Shown here in pieces: positions 37,870 to 51,435 of a stretch of 64,000 bases of DNA. A model generated the notes under the pieces. The model saw only the letters and a program-made list of their open reading frames with translations. It did not search any database and was not told the origin of the DNA. Made by a program: the position numbers and the translations under genes. The stretch comes from Mobula hypostoma (lineage: Eukaryota), in the NCBI RefSeq assembly GCF_963921235.1, contig NC_086097.1:220536001-220600000 (forward strand). Direction: 5' to 3'. Within the stretch, counting starts at the first letter, position 1. Every line of letters begins with the position of its first letter.

Positions 37870-38545
37870 ATTTTTCCCTTTCAGGGTTCTTTTGAAGACC
37901 CTGACCTGGAGTTATGACGCAGACTTCGGTTCTTTGCTGGAATGGGGCCCGTTCTCAGGGTTTCAGGACCGGCCAATGTTCGGCATACCAAAGGTTCGGC
38001 CTTAGAGGCGGCCTAGTGTTTGGAAGCCTAAGATCTCGGGGCTCTGGAGACGGGCAGATTGAGGGCTGGTGTCACGGCAGGAGACTCGTGTGTCATCGGG
38101 GAGGCCAGAAAATCTTTTGCTCTAGGCCCGAAGACCAGAGATCTTTGCGATCTTCAGGCACAGAGCTCGTAAAAAGCCAGAAAACGGACTTTTTAACATC
38201 GTAAAGCAGCGGGTTGTTATGTCTCCTGCTTGCTGTGAAAATGGGGGAGATCTCCACCCCCCTTATTAGGGAGAGAGAGAACCTGTGGGTTGCTGAGTGC
38301 CGGATAAATTGTGATAGGCTTCGAAGTAACTGCAAGGTCTCTGCTATCACTTAGCTCACACTTGTGCTGGGTAGCGGGTGCGTTTTTTTGCCGGGGGGGA
38401 GGGGGGAGCTGGGGGAGACTTTGGCGTTCTCACATTTAACTGTCATTCTTTGGTGCACTTCTCTGTTTTTATGGATGGTTGTGAAGAAAAAGCATTTCAG
38501 GATGTATATCGTTTACATTTCTCTGACATTAAATGTACCTTTGAA
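37870..38545 (+). mobile_element. Unclassified interspersed repeat, probable LINE 3' region
   Basis: CpG-richer than flanks; ends TTTCAGGATGTATATCG..GACATTAAATGTACCTTTGAA, similar in layout to Rex-type tails here. Confidence 0.4.
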
Positions 38546-38799
38546 CATACATGAACAAATGGGAAATAGAGGGATATAGATCACCCGCAGGCAGAAAATA
38601 GATCGTGGGCGGTACAGACATTGTGGGCTAAAGGGCTGTCTTCAGCGGTACTGTCCTATCTCAAACAGTCCTGCTCCGCCCAAATCTGTGTATTGTCAAT
38701 TTACATCGATCAGCCGTGCTCCAATTTAAAATGCTTGCCCAGACATTTAAGATTACTGAGCTGCCACAACCATCCTCAAAACCCACCATTTCTACTTCA

Positions 38800-39285
38800 A
38801 AGTTGAAAGCTCAAAGTAAATTTATTATCAAACTACATATATGTCACCATCTACAACCCTGAGATTCATTTTCTTGCAGGCATACTCAATAAATCCATAA
38901 TAAAATAATAACCAAAATAGAATCAATGAAAAACTGCACCGACTTGGGCATTCAAGCAGTGTGCAAAAGACAACAAACTGTCCAAATACAAAAATAAATA
39001 AATAATAATTAATAAACGAGCTTCATATAATGCGAACACGAGATGAAGAGTCCTTGAAAGTGAGTCCATAGGTTGTGGGAACATTAAAGTGATAGGGCAA
39101 GTGAAGTTTTTCCCTTTGGCTCAAGAGGCTAATGGTTGAGGGGTAGTAACTGTTCTTGAACCAGGTGTTATGAGTCCTGAGGCGCCTGTATCTTCATCCT
39201 GATGGCAGTAGTGAGAAGAGAGCATGACCTGGGTGGTGGGGGTCCCTGAGGATGGATGCTGCTTTCCTGCGACAACACCCCATGT
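38800..39285 (-). mobile_element. Rex1/Babar 3' fragment
   Basis: Family tail plus ORF-end relic colinear with 43578-44040. Confidence 0.8.
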
Positions 39286-39842
39286 AGTTAAGCCCATAAG
39301 ACCATAAGATATAAGAACAGAATTAAGTCATTTGATCCATTTCATCATGGCTGATCTTATTTTCTTCTCAGCCCCGATCTCCTGCCTTTTCCCTGTATCA
39401 CTTCATGCCCTGACCAATCAAGAATCTATCAACCTCTACCTTAAATATACATACAGACTTAGCTTCCACAGCTACCTGTGGCAATGAATTCCACAGATTC
39501 ACCATTCTCTGGCTAAAGAAATTCCTCCTCATCTCCCTTTTAAAAGGATGACCCTCTATTCTGAGGCTGCATCCTCTGGTCTTGGGCTCTCTCACCATAG
39601 GAAACATCCTCTCCACATCCACTCTATCAAGGCCTTTCACCATCTGATGGGTTTCAATGAGGTCACCCCTCATTCTTCTGAATTCTAGTGAATATAGGAC
39701 CAGACCATCAAACGCTCTTCATATGACAAGCCATTCAAACCTGGGACCATCTTTGTGAACCTCCTTTCAACCCTTTCTAATTTCAGCACATCTTTTCTAA
39801 GATCAGCGGCTCAAAACTGCTCACAATACTCCAAGTGAGGCC

Positions 39843-40689
39843 TGTCACATGACTGGCAACAATGAATATATCAATTGAATCAGGTTTTATAAAAACAAAC
39901 ATTTATTAAACTCTGCTCAAAAATAGCGAAATGTATTTAAACGACTAACTTAACCGGAAGTTAACTGCTATACGGCAACTCTGGAACAGTTCTTAAAAGG
40001 GTAAATGCGAAAACAGTTCTTAAAGTGGTAAATTCGAACACAGTTCTTAGAATGGTAAATTTGAAAGTCCAAGAGATTTATACAGTCAATTAGGAGAGAC
40101 TTTCCTGAAGTAAAGAATTCCTCGAAGACGTGACATTACTGCTGATCCCAGCCGGAACCTGCCTTGTCCGCAGGAGTCATGACGACGGAAGTTAAACGGT
40201 TTAAAGGAACTGACCTTTTCCTCTGGAGAATAGACACTGCACAACCCTTCCTGATTTAGCAGAGGTTATCTCATGCAAGTCACTGTTTCTTGAATGAAGC
40301 TTCAATAAACGTCGATCCTCTCCAAAACCGCCAAACGATATCAGCTTTACTCAACTCAGCAAATTCCTGTACTTTGATAAGGTCTTCACTCTCCAATACT
40401 ACTTACAGCAGAAAGTAGAACTCCACTTTAAAACGAAAATGCGTCATAAGATGAATATGTAGCATAACGGAGTATCTGACGAATTAAGTAACAAACTAAA
40501 CTCAAAACTAACTGCGTCACCCCAGGGGTCTCCCTTTTATACCCCTGGTGAACATGTCATCACGTGATCTCACGCTGGCGGGAAAATTACATCACCCCAC
40601 CATCACTTAACCATTACCTCATGCTCATAAGATACTCAATTACATCATGATCATAAGACAGTCACAAGATATCCATGAGGTATGTAACA
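39843..40689 (-). mobile_element. Solo LTR, 847 bp
   Basis: TGTCAC...GTAACA termini, TSD GGCC/GGTC, minus-strand TATAAAAG near 40535 and AATAAA at 39902-39907; CR1 resumes exactly on both sides. Confidence 0.85.
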
Positions 40690-41042
40690 GGTCTCACCAG
40701 TGTTTTATACAGTCTCAACATTACATCCTTGCTTTTATATTCTAGTCCTCTTGAAATGAATGGCAACATTGCATTTGCCTTCCTCACCACAGATTCAACC
40801 TGCAATTTAACCTTTAGGAAATCCTGCACAAGGACTCCCATATCCCTTTGCGTCTCAGTTTTTTGTATTATCTCTCCATTTAGAAAATAGGCAACCACTT
40901 CATTTCTTACCAAGGTGCATGACTATACACTTCCCAAGACAATATTCCATTTGCTATTTCTTTGCCCATTCTTCTAATCTGTCTGTCCTTCTATCGCCTC
41001 TCTACTTCCCCAAAACTAGCTGCCCCTCCACCTACCTTCATA

Positions 41043-41180
41043 TAGAACAGAGAACATAGAGCGATGTTGTGCCGACCATGTAACCTACCCTAGAAACTGC
41101 CTAGAATTACCCTACCACATAGCCCTCTATTTTTCTAAGCCTGATGTACCTATCTAGGAGTCTCTTAAAAGACCCTGCAA
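41043..41180 (-). mobile_element. Short CR1-type 3' end
   Basis: GTTGTGCCGACCATGTAACCTAC shared with 63903-64000. Confidence 0.65.
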
Positions 41181-43577
41181 ACACTTATTGTCTGTAAACT
41201 TTGCAATAAAGCTATCAATTCTATCATTCAAATCATTGACATATAACGTAAAAAGAATTAATCCTAACACAGACCCCTACAGAACACCACTAGTCACCAG
41301 CAGCCAGTCAGGAAAGGCTCCCTTTATTGCCACTCTTTGCCTCCTGCCAATCAGCCACTGCTTTATCCATGCTGGAATCTTTCCTGTAATACCATGGGCT
41401 CGTAGCTTGATAAGCAGCTTCATGTGTGGCACCTTGTCAAAGGCCTTCTGAAAATCCTAGTACACAACATCAACTAAATCTCCTTTGTCTACCTGCTTGT
41501 TGTTTCTTCAAAGAATTCCAACAGATTTGTCAGCAAGATTTTCCTTTGAGGAAACCATGCTGACTACAGCCTACTTTATCATCCTCCAAGTACCCTGAGA
41601 CCTCATCCTTAATAATCAACTCCAACATTTTCCCAACCACTGAGGTTAGACTAACTGGACTATAGTTTCCTTTCTTCTGCCTCTCTCCCTTCTTGAAGAG
41701 TAGAGTGACATTTGTAATTTCCCAGTCTTCTGGAACCATTCCAGAATCTTGTGATACTTGAAAGATCACGACTAATGCCTCCACGATCTCTTCAGCCACC
41801 TCTTTCAGAAAATTCAGGTGTACACCATCTGGCCCTCCTGACATATCTACCTTCGACCTTTCAGTTTCTCAAGAACCTTCTCTTTAGTTATGGGAACTTC
41901 ACACATTTCATGACCCCTGACATGTGTAACTTCCACCATACTGGCAGTGTCTTCCACAGTGAAGACTGATGCAAGATAATTAATCGGTTTGTCTGCCATT
42001 TCATTGCTCCCCATTACTACCTCTCTAGCATCGTTTTCCAGCGTTCTGACGTCCACTCTCACCTCTTTTTCCACTTTGTGTATCTGAAGAAACTGCTGGT
42101 ATCTTCTTTAATATTATTGACTAGCTTACTTTCGTATTACATCTTTACATTCTTAACAACTGTTTAGTTGCCTTCTGTTGCTATTTAAAAGCTTCCCAAT
42201 CCTCTAACTTCCCACTAATTTTTGCCCTCTTTGGCTTTTATGTTGGCTTTGACTTCTCTTGTTATCCACAGTTGTGTCATTTTTTCCTTTAGAATACTTC
42301 TTCCTTTTTGGGATGTATATACCCTGTGCCTTCCGAGTTGCTTTCAGATGTGCTCCGTGGTGGGGAGGACTATACCTCTGACAGACTGTAGGATTTTCCA
42401 CTCAAGGGCAGTGGTTTTTTTATGCAACTTTTACCAAGCCTTTCATGTATCCCTCCAACTCATTACCAAAATCAACACCTTCAGCTATTTAGGCACTATT
42501 AAATTCACTTCCTATTCTTTTACATCAAGCCCTTAGCCAATTTTTTTGGTATTTCTGCATCTGTGTCGTCTTTATTTTTGTCCAGTTACATCTCCACATT
42601 ATGACTAGGAAAGGTACTATGTAAATGCAAGTTTTCTTTCAGTTGTTTTGAACATATTGCACACTCTCATCCATAAAGCACAATATTTTTAATGTTTAAC
42701 ATTCTTCATTAACAAAACCTTCCAACTGCATCATTAAAAATGAGGGTAACTCAGAAGAAGCTGAGACCACTCAAGGACAAAGAAGGGAATTAATGCCTCT
42801 AGCTGAAGGAAGTGGATGAGGATCTAAACAAGTGGAACCACAGAACACTACAACACAGAAAACAGCCCTTCTAGTCTGTGCCAAAACTTTATTCCGCGAG
42901 TCCCATTGACTTGCACCCAGTCTATAACCCTCCAGACTTCTCCCATCCATGTATCTATCCTATGAACCTAATGAGTACTTCTCATCAGATTCACCAAGGA
43001 AAAGGACACGAAGGATAGCGAGACTGGCAAGAGGTATGCTTATATTCAATGACATATTGATATCAAGGAAGAGGATGTCTTGAAGAATATCAATGTGGAT
43101 AAATCCCCAGGGTCTGATGGGATCTACCCCAGATCACTGAGAGAGACAACGAAAAGGACTTTGCCTGTGACTAAAAGGGATTTCTGTATCCCCTTTAGTC
43201 ACAACAAATTGAGGTACAGACAATTGCAGAGAAGCCCATTTTGTTCTTCTGCATGAAAGGGCAATAGAGAGAAACCAGGGAATGATAGGCTAGTGCTCAT
43301 TATATCTACTACTACGAGTATATATAATAATCATTATATCAATGCCAGGAAATTATTGGACAAGGTTCTTAAGTGATAGGATATAGTCATATCTGGAAAA
43401 CAATAGACTTATTGGGAACAGCAAGTACAGATTTGTGCAAAGGAAGTGAAGATGATTGATGAGGATGGGGTAGTGATTGTTGTAGAGATGGACTTTGGAA
43501 AAGCTTTTGACAAGGACCCTCATGATAGGCAGATCCAGAAGATTAAAATTAGCTTGGCCAATGGAGACAGATGGTAG

Positions 43578-46500
43578 TTCAAAAGTTGAAAGTAAATTTA
43601 TTGTCAAAGTACATAAATGATACCTGTACAACCCTGAGATTATGTTCTTACAGGTAATCACAGTAAATACAAAAAGCACATTCGAATCAATGAAAAACTA
43701 CACCAAACAGGATGGACAGAACTAATGTGCAAAACAAGACAAATTGTGCAAATGCAAAGAGAAAATATATATGAACAAATAAGCAATAAAGATCAAGATC
43801 ATGAGATGATGAGTACTTGAAAGTGAAACCAATTCAATGGAAACAGTTCAGTGACAGGCGAATAAAGAAATCTCCAATTTAAGAGCCTAATGGTTCAGCA
43901 GTATTAACTGCTCCTGAAACTGGTGGTGCAGGTCCTGAGGCTCCTGTATCATCTTCCTGATGGCAGCAGTGAGAAGAGAGCCTGGCCTGGATGATGAGGG
44001 TCCTCAATGATGGATGCTGCTTTCCTGTGACAGCGCTCTGTGTAGATGTGCTCAATGTTGGGGAGGGCTTTACCCGTGATGGACTAGACCGTATCCACCA
44101 CCTTTTTGTAGGCTTTTCCGTACAAGGACATTGGTGTTTCCATACCAGGCCATAATGCAACCAGTCAAAATATTCTCCACCACACATATATAGAAGTTTG
44201 TTCTTCACAAACTTCAATGGAAGTAGCGTCTGCCGTGCTTTCTTCATAATGGCAATTATTGCTGGACCCAGGAGAGATCCTCTGAAATCATAACACCGAG
44301 AAATTTAGAGTCACTCTCTCCACCTCTGATCCCCGATGAGGACTGGCTCATGGACCTCCAGTTTCCTCCTCCTGAAGTCAATAATCAGCTCTTTGGCCTT
44401 GCTGACTTTGAGTGAGAGGTTGTTGTTATGGCACTACTCAGCCAGATTTTAATCTCCCTCCTACACACTGATTCATCACCACATTTGATTTGGCCTAGAA
44501 CAGTGGTGTTGTCAGCATGCTTAAATATGGCATTGGGGCTGTGCTTAACCACACAATCATAAATGTAAAATGAGTAGAGCAGGGGGCTAATCACACAGCC
44601 TAGTTGTGCACCTGTGCTGAGGGAGATCGTGGAGGAGATGTCGTTGCCAATCCGAACTGATTGGGATCTGCAAGTGAGGAAACTGAGGATCCGGTTGCAC
44701 AAGGACATATTGAGGCCTAGCCCTTGAAGCTTACTGGTTAGTTTAGAGGGGATGATAGTATTGAATGCTGAGCTGTAGTCAATGAAGAGTCGATCCTGAT
44801 GTACGTATCTTTGCTGTCCAGAGCAAATTAAATGGCATCTGTTGTTGGCCTGTTATGATGGTAGGCAAACTGGAGTGATCTAATTTGCTTCTCAGGCAGG
44901 AGTTGATATGTTCCATCGCCAACCTCTCAAAGGACTTCATCACAGCAGATGCAAGTGTTACTGGACGATAGTCAAAGGCAGGTTACCACATTCTTCTTAG
45001 GCACCGGAATAATTGAAGCCTGCTTGAAGTAGGTGGGTGCTTCACACTGCCGAAGCAAGAGGTTAAAGTTATTGGAGAAGACTCCAGTCAGTTGATCAGC
45101 ACAGGTCTTTAGTACATGTGTCCCCTGCTTTTCGAACCTTCCCTTTGCAAAACCTCACTGTTATGAAAGACCTACATTAGTACCCTGTTTTCGCTTTCAG
45201 AAGGTGTTTTCACTGTGACGAAAAAAAGGCAGCGCGCGCCCCGAGCAGCTGCTCTGCCCTGGATTCGGAACGGCATTCTTGCCAGCATTGCTTAAACACA
45301 TGCCTGTGAGCAGTCGTTTGCAAGATGAGTTCTATGGTATCGGAAAAGCCTAAAAGAGCTCGTAAGGGTGTTACACTTAGCGTAAAACTAGACATAATTA
45401 AGCGTTCGATCGTGGTGAACGAAGTAAGGACGAAGTGAGTTTGGCTTGTGGAAGTTGACGAACATGATGTTGAAGAGGTTTTGCCATCCCATGACCAAGA
45501 TCTGATAGATGAAGAGCTGATGCAATTGGAAGAAAAAAGGATAACAATCAAAACCGAATGCAGTAGCGAAATGAACTTGAAGCAACTGCATGAGATTTTC
45601 GCTGCAATGATAAAGTACGACTTTAATTTTGAAAGGTTTAGGGGATACTTGCAAGATGGTTTGAGTCCTTACAAAGAACTGTGTGATAGAAAAATGCGCG
45701 AGGCTCAGCAGTCAAGCAAGCCTTCCACATCAGCCACAGCAGACGACGAACCTTGACCTTTCACATCAAGGCGGGCAGAGATAGAAGATGATCCGCCTGC
45801 TCTAATGGAAACAGACGATAAGGAGATGACACCCCAGTGTCCCACCACCCCAACCCCCAGGCCACGGCACAGACAGATACCAATTCGCAGAGAATGCAGC
45901 GGTAGCCGGGAGGTACACAGCACATCTTTAAGAAAAAAGCCAAAATAAACACGATAATTGATTAGGCGTCGCCCGACACGTAATTGTCAGCCCAGATCAG
46001 AGACGACGCAATCGAAAATCGGCACTGATCTGGGCCGACAATTACGTGCCAGGCGGCACCTAATTAATTAGTATGTTTATTTCGGCTTTTTTCTTAAAGA
46101 TGTGCTGTGTGCCTCCCAGCTACTGCTGCACCCCTGCATGCTTCGCGGATCGGTATCGGTTCGTGGCCCGGAGGGTGGGGGCCACTGCTCCACCCCAACC
46201 TGTGACGACTCAGCCTAACACACCATCATCAGTGTGCTCGGCGCTGTCTCGATTCCCGTAAGTGATACTACACTGTACATACATTATTTCTACTTTATAT
46301 AGGCTGTGTATTTTTATGTGTTATTTGGTATGATTTGGCAGCTTCATAGCTTAAAGGTTACTGGAGAGCGTTGCACCGTGTTTTTGCCAACAGCGCTTGC
46401 GTGAGATTTTCGCTATGGAGAACAGTGCAGTAATGATTGTGGAAAAGTATTCCTACTTTATATAGGCTGTGTATTTATCATATCATTCCTGCTTTTACTA

Positions 46501-46790
46501 TATGTTACCGTTATTTTAGGTTTTATCTGTTATTTGGCATGATTTGGTAGGTTACTTTTGGGTCTGCGAACGCTCTCAAACTTTTCCCATATAAATAAAT
46601 GGTAATTGCTTCTTCGCTTTACGACATTTCGGCTTACGAACCGTTTCATAGGAACGCTCTACCTTCGGATGGCGGGGGAAACCCGTACTCGGCCAGGTAC
46701 CCCAAGAGGGATGGATGCTTTCACCCAGGTGGGTTCACCCTCCTGAAGGATGCTCTCATGTCAGCCTCAGAGACTGAGATCACAGTCATC
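43578..46790 (-). mobile_element. Degenerate Rex1/Babar LINE split by a Tigger-like element
   Basis: ORFs 43879-44247 and 44385-44708 ([18 protein letters not shown]); flanks TTTAGTA|CTCGGCCAGG rejoin across 45115-46685. Confidence 0.85.
45115..46685 (+). mobile_element. Internally deleted Tigger/pogo-type transposon
   Basis: TA on both sides; imperfect TIRs CATGTGTCCCCTGCTTTTCGAA / TTCGGATGGCGGGGGAAACCCG; CENP-B-type N-terminus KRARKGVTLSVKLDIIKR joined to acidic C-terminus DVEEVLPSHDQDLIDEELMQLEE; catalytic core missing. Confidence 0.88.
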
Positions 46791-46942
46791 AGGGTAATAG
46801 TTGAGTGGAGTGAAGGACAGTGAGAAATGTTGTCAAATGATTCAGTAGGAAATATGGGCAGAGAATTAACAAAGTTTAATTCAAATAGATATAAGTTGCT
46901 GCACTCTGGAGGTTAAAAGCAAGAGAAAATTATACTGTGAAC

Positions 46943-48221
46943 CAATGTTCCCTCTAATTTTTAGTAGTCAGTGTGTGCAAAAATCTTATGTTGTGCAAAT
47001 TTTTTTACCTGTGACAAAAGTATGTGCACACTGACTGCACACATGGCACACTTTGGCACTTTGGCATCTTTGGCACTTACCCACACTTTGTAAACTCTAT
47101 CTCGACTAATAGAACTTCCATCCAATTGATAGCTTTTGATTCTCATTAACATATCCAAATGACATTCACCTAAACGGTTTCTCAGCTTGTTTTTTGAGTT
47201 GATTCATTAGGCTAACATCTCACTCACAGTCCATACTAGACGCAAGAAAGGTTCCCCCAATGTCCATCAACTGTGCAAGCTCGCAAAACTGTTCATTTTG
47301 AAGTACAAATGCCACCATTTGAGCAAAGTTTAAAATCAGTTGGATTTAATTTTCTTTCGCATGGAAAATTTGAAATTATTAAACTGTCTAACTATTACAG
47401 TATTTTCAGCTACAGAATCATGATATTTTACATAAGTCATTAACTTGCTCATCGTCAAATGTGAAATTACAACCTGCAATTGCAGAGAAATCAAAAGCTG
47501 ACCATTCTTGTACCTCATCTTCAGGAAACCTTTCTTCTAAATGAACACAAAGACTATTTATAAAAGTCAACAGTGAACTTGTATCTACTGTGATGTTTTC
47601 TTCACGTTGTTGGCTTAGCAAAACTTTAACTTTGTCACTCCACGAAACATTGTCTCCCAGATACTGCTTTCTTATCTTGTTAATTTTGCCTCGCGCAAAG
47701 TGAAGTGAATCAATCGGTGTCAGGCCACTCCTTTGCAGAATCTTGCACCGTGCAGCCAGTTCATCAGAGACATCACTTAAAACCTGTAAAGCTACTTTGT
47801 ATGTGATGTTTATCAACTTCTTGCAACAGTATTTAGCCACAGGGTCATTTGACTGACCCTTTGCAATAAAAACTTAGTAAGCTATCTGGAGGATTTGAAA
47901 CAGATCTTTGTAAACTTTACGATATGAACACTGTCCGCCAAAGATGGCTGCTGCCGTGATGCAGCTGTACAAACCGGAACAGGAAAGGTGAGGTGACGTA
48001 AATTAGTGACGTGCATTGTGGTATTTGAAAAACCGACGAAGTAGTTAACAGAAACATTTAACTAAAAGATTATTTTCAATAAGTATAATTATTAATTACT
48101 ACATTATTTTAGGTAACTAACCTTCTGTGCGCACGTTAATTTCTTTTGTGCACTGGCTGAAAAACGTGTGTGCGTGCACACACGCGCACAGCTTAGAGGG
48201 AACATAGCAGAGGGAACATAG
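46943..48221 (-). mobile_element. Internally deleted hAT transposon (Tip100/ZNF862-like transposase relic)
   Basis: TIR CAATGTTCCCTCTAA / TTAGAGGGAACATAG, perfect 8-bp TSD CTGTGAAC (46935-46942, 48222-48229); relics SLCVHLEERFP and LASSMDCE..LGECHLDMLMRIK. Confidence 0.88.
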
Positions 48222-50009
48222 CTGTGAACTGCAGAGCCGTTAGAAGTATTAATGTACTGAGGGATCTTGGGGTGCGTCTGTAGCTCTCTCAAAGTGGCAA
48301 CACAGATAGGGTGCTGAAGAAGATATGCAGTATGCTTACTTTCATTGGTCAGGGTGTTGAGTACAACAGTTGGGAGTTTTGTTGCAACTGTACAAAACTT
48401 TAGTTAGGCCAAATTTGGAGTATTGTGTGCAGATCTGGTCAGTGCATTACAGGAAAATTTCGGTGCTTTAGAGAAGGTGCAGAAGAGGTTTCTCAGGATG
48501 TTCCCTGAATGGGAGAGTATTAGCTAAAAGGAGAGGTGAGACTAACTTAGATTGTTTTTTTCCTGGAGCACGGGAGGCTGAGGGTGACCTGAGGGTGGAT
48601 AGCAGGTTGGCTCTGATATTCTGCATGCTGCCTGATGAAGGCAAGGTCTTGTTCCGAGTATATTTTACCTGTTCCATGGTATTGCTTCTGCAAAACAACA
48701 AATTTCACTCTACGTCTATGTCTGTGACATAATTTTTATTCTGAGATTTACTAGATTACTTTTTTAAAAAAACAGAGAATGGCGCTTAGAATGGGCTGCC
48801 AGGGCAAGTGGTGGAAGCAGATATGATCTAGCAAGACTTCAGAGGCATTTAGACAGGTACGTGAACAGGCAGGGAATGGAGGGATATAGACCGTGTGCAA
48901 GCAGACATGGACTTCAAATTAGCATCACAGTAGGCACAGGTAGCATAGACCAAACAGCGTTATGCAGTTCTATGTATACAAAAGGCTTTAGTTCTTCAAC
49001 AGCAACACAGGCAAATCCATTAACTAAATTAGAGGATGAATACATAATAAAGTGTATTGCACTCTTGCTTTTCAACAAAGCAGAAACTGCATGTGAAGCT
49101 GTATACAAAACAGGATGGATAAAGTTCAAAATTAGAACCATCAAATGAAACAGAGGGCGAAAACGTCTCTGAGTGCCATATTAATGCATCACTTTTCAAC
49201 ATATGCCTGGTAAGAAAAGTAAATGAGTCAATTAGCAACAGTGCTTGGTATGATGGAGAGAGATTGTGAAGGAAGAACAGCAAAAACAACTCGCCCCATT
49301 TTACTCTGTGGATGAAGATTATCACAGAAATATATTTCAGCAACTGCATAATTCCCTAGGACTGGATTTTGTTTGGGAATGCAGAGATTGCTACATGGAA
49401 CGACCAGTGGTTTCCTAGATGAAATATACCAAATTGTTGAGTCTCACTTATGCTTGCAAGAACATAATCTCTGAACTTGCTGGACTTCTCTCAGTTTTTC
49501 TTCCATGCATTTAAGCCTGAGAATCTGCCCCAAATCCTGCACCAGAAACATTCATTTGATTGGAAATAAAACAACTGCAAAGGTACTTCACTAGTTTCTG
49601 AATAGCACACTTAAATCTTTGTAATCTTTTAAGTGCTTTAGTTTTTCTGCTGATAAGTTTTTTTTAAACTTATTTCATCTCTTAACAAAATAATATTTTC
49701 TGAATGTTCAGAAACAGTTTAATATTGAATCCAGTTAGATCAGTGTCCATGGCTTGTCCAGCTATCCATTTGTCCTACTCCCAGTTTGCAAAGCCACTTG
49801 CATATTCCAGGAAGCAGACAAGCATGGATCCACGGAAGTTCAGACAGGCAATGTGGGTCAGCAATGAGATCTGACAACTTGCCATCAATGGGAACTTCTG
49901 GGTCAATATACATTATTCAATTACTCACTACTGGGTTAAAATTCTTATTGTTATTAGTACTGTTTTTGGTATTAGTTTTTTATTCTTTCAGGTAGGCTTG
50001 TTAGAGCTG

Positions 50010-50347
50010 TTTGGTTTAGACTAATTTGGTAGGGGGATGGGAACCAGAGTGATAGGGCAGAGGATGGGGCAAATGTTGATACAGTGTGTAGTGAGACTGT
50101 GAGGAAGGACAGCTAGATTATAGGGATGAGTTGAAGTGTAGCACAGGGGCAAAATCAAAAAGGGCTGAAGGTGTTGTATTTGAATGCAAAAGAGGGCACA
50201 TGATATAGCAAAAACTAATAGGAGCTTAGAGGATTAGGAAGCTTTAAAAACTAAAGGGTGACAAAAAAGCAATAATGAGAGGAAAGATAAAATATGAAGG
50301 TAAGCTAACCGTTATTACAAAAAGAGGATACCAAAAGCATTTTCAGA
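50010..50347 (+). mobile_element. Degenerate CR1 fragments
   Basis: ORF1/ORF2 junction GGGCTGAAGGTGTTGTATTTGAATGCA similar to 21440-21580. Confidence 0.6.
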
Positions 50348-50349
50348 TA

Positions 50350-51435
50350 CAATTGCAAGAAAAAGTTTGTGAGCCCTTTGCAATTACCTGGCTTTCTACA
50401 TTAATTACTCATAAACTGAGTCTGATCATCATCTAAGTCACAATAATAGAGAAACACAATCTGCCTAAACTAACAGCACACAAACAATTGTACTTCTCAT
50501 CAATACTGAGTACACCATTTAAACAATCACAACCTAAGTTCAAAAAAGTATGTGAACCTCTGGGGAAATGCCTTCTACAAAAGCTATTTGGAATCAGGTG
50601 TTCCAGTCAATGAGATGAGATTGGAGGTGTGGGTTGTAGAGGTGCCCTGCCCTGTAAACAAGACACACAAAGTCAGGTTATTGACAGAGTCTGCTCTTTT
50701 CAAGAAAGATGTGATTATGTGCATCATGCCTTGATCAAAACAAATTTCAGAGGACCTTGGAAGAGGAAGAATTGTAGAGATGCATGAAGCTGGAAAAGGC
50801 CAGAAAAGCATTTCTAAAGATTTGAGTATTCATTAGTCAACAGTAAGAGAAATTGTCAATAAATGGAGGAAATTCAGTACTGTTGCTAGTGCACACACCA
50901 ACAACAGTGCTGAAGGTGGTGAAGAAGAACCCAAGGGTAACAGCAAAAGACCTGTAGAAATCTCTGGAACTTGCTAACGTCTCTGTTTATGTGCCCATTT
51001 TAAGAAAAACACTGAACAAGAATGGGGTTCATGGAAGGACACTACGGAGGAAACCACTGCTCGCAAAACAAAACATTACTGCATGTCTCAAATTTGCAAA
51101 AGACCACCTGGATGTTCTACAAAGCTTTTGTGGACAAATGAGACAAAAGTTGAACTTTTTGGCAGAAATGCATATTGCTATATTTGGAGAAAAAAGGGCA
51201 CTGCTCACCGATACTAAAATCTCATCCCAACTGTGAAGCATGGTGGAAGGAACATTATTGTTTGGGGCTGCTTTGCTGCCTCAGGGTTCAGACAGCTTTA
51301 ATAATTGTGGGAACAATGAATTCAAAACTGTATCAAGAAATTTTACAGGACAATGTCAGGGTGGCAGTCCGTCACCTGAAGCTTAATAGAAATTGAATGA
51401 TGCAGCAAGATAATGATCCGAAACACAACAGTAAG
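50350..51435 (+). mobile_element. Truncated Tc1-like transposon (second family)
   Basis: TA then CAATTGCAAGAAAAAGTTTGTGAGCCC, inner DR near 50543; transposase relics EMHEAGKG, RRKPLL, PTVKHGGRNIIVWGCF, MQQDNDPKH; no right TIR. Confidence 0.9.

Larger units (their letters stand above)
39293..42345 (-). mobile_element. Degenerate CR1 ORF2 with nested LTR and CR1 tail
   Basis: ORFs 39398-39673, 40662-40913, 41530-41844 and 41847-42074 are consecutive CR1 ORF2 pieces; (CCATAAGA)n tail. Confidence 0.9.
42965..48930 (+). mobile_element. Old CR1 fragmented by Rex, Tigger and hAT insertions
   Basis: Pieces 42965-43575 (DKSPGSDGIYPR, MDFGKAFDK), ~46840-46942 and 48222-48930 (LVRPNLEYCVQIWS) are in CR1 ORF2 order. 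Approximate. Confidence 0.7.
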
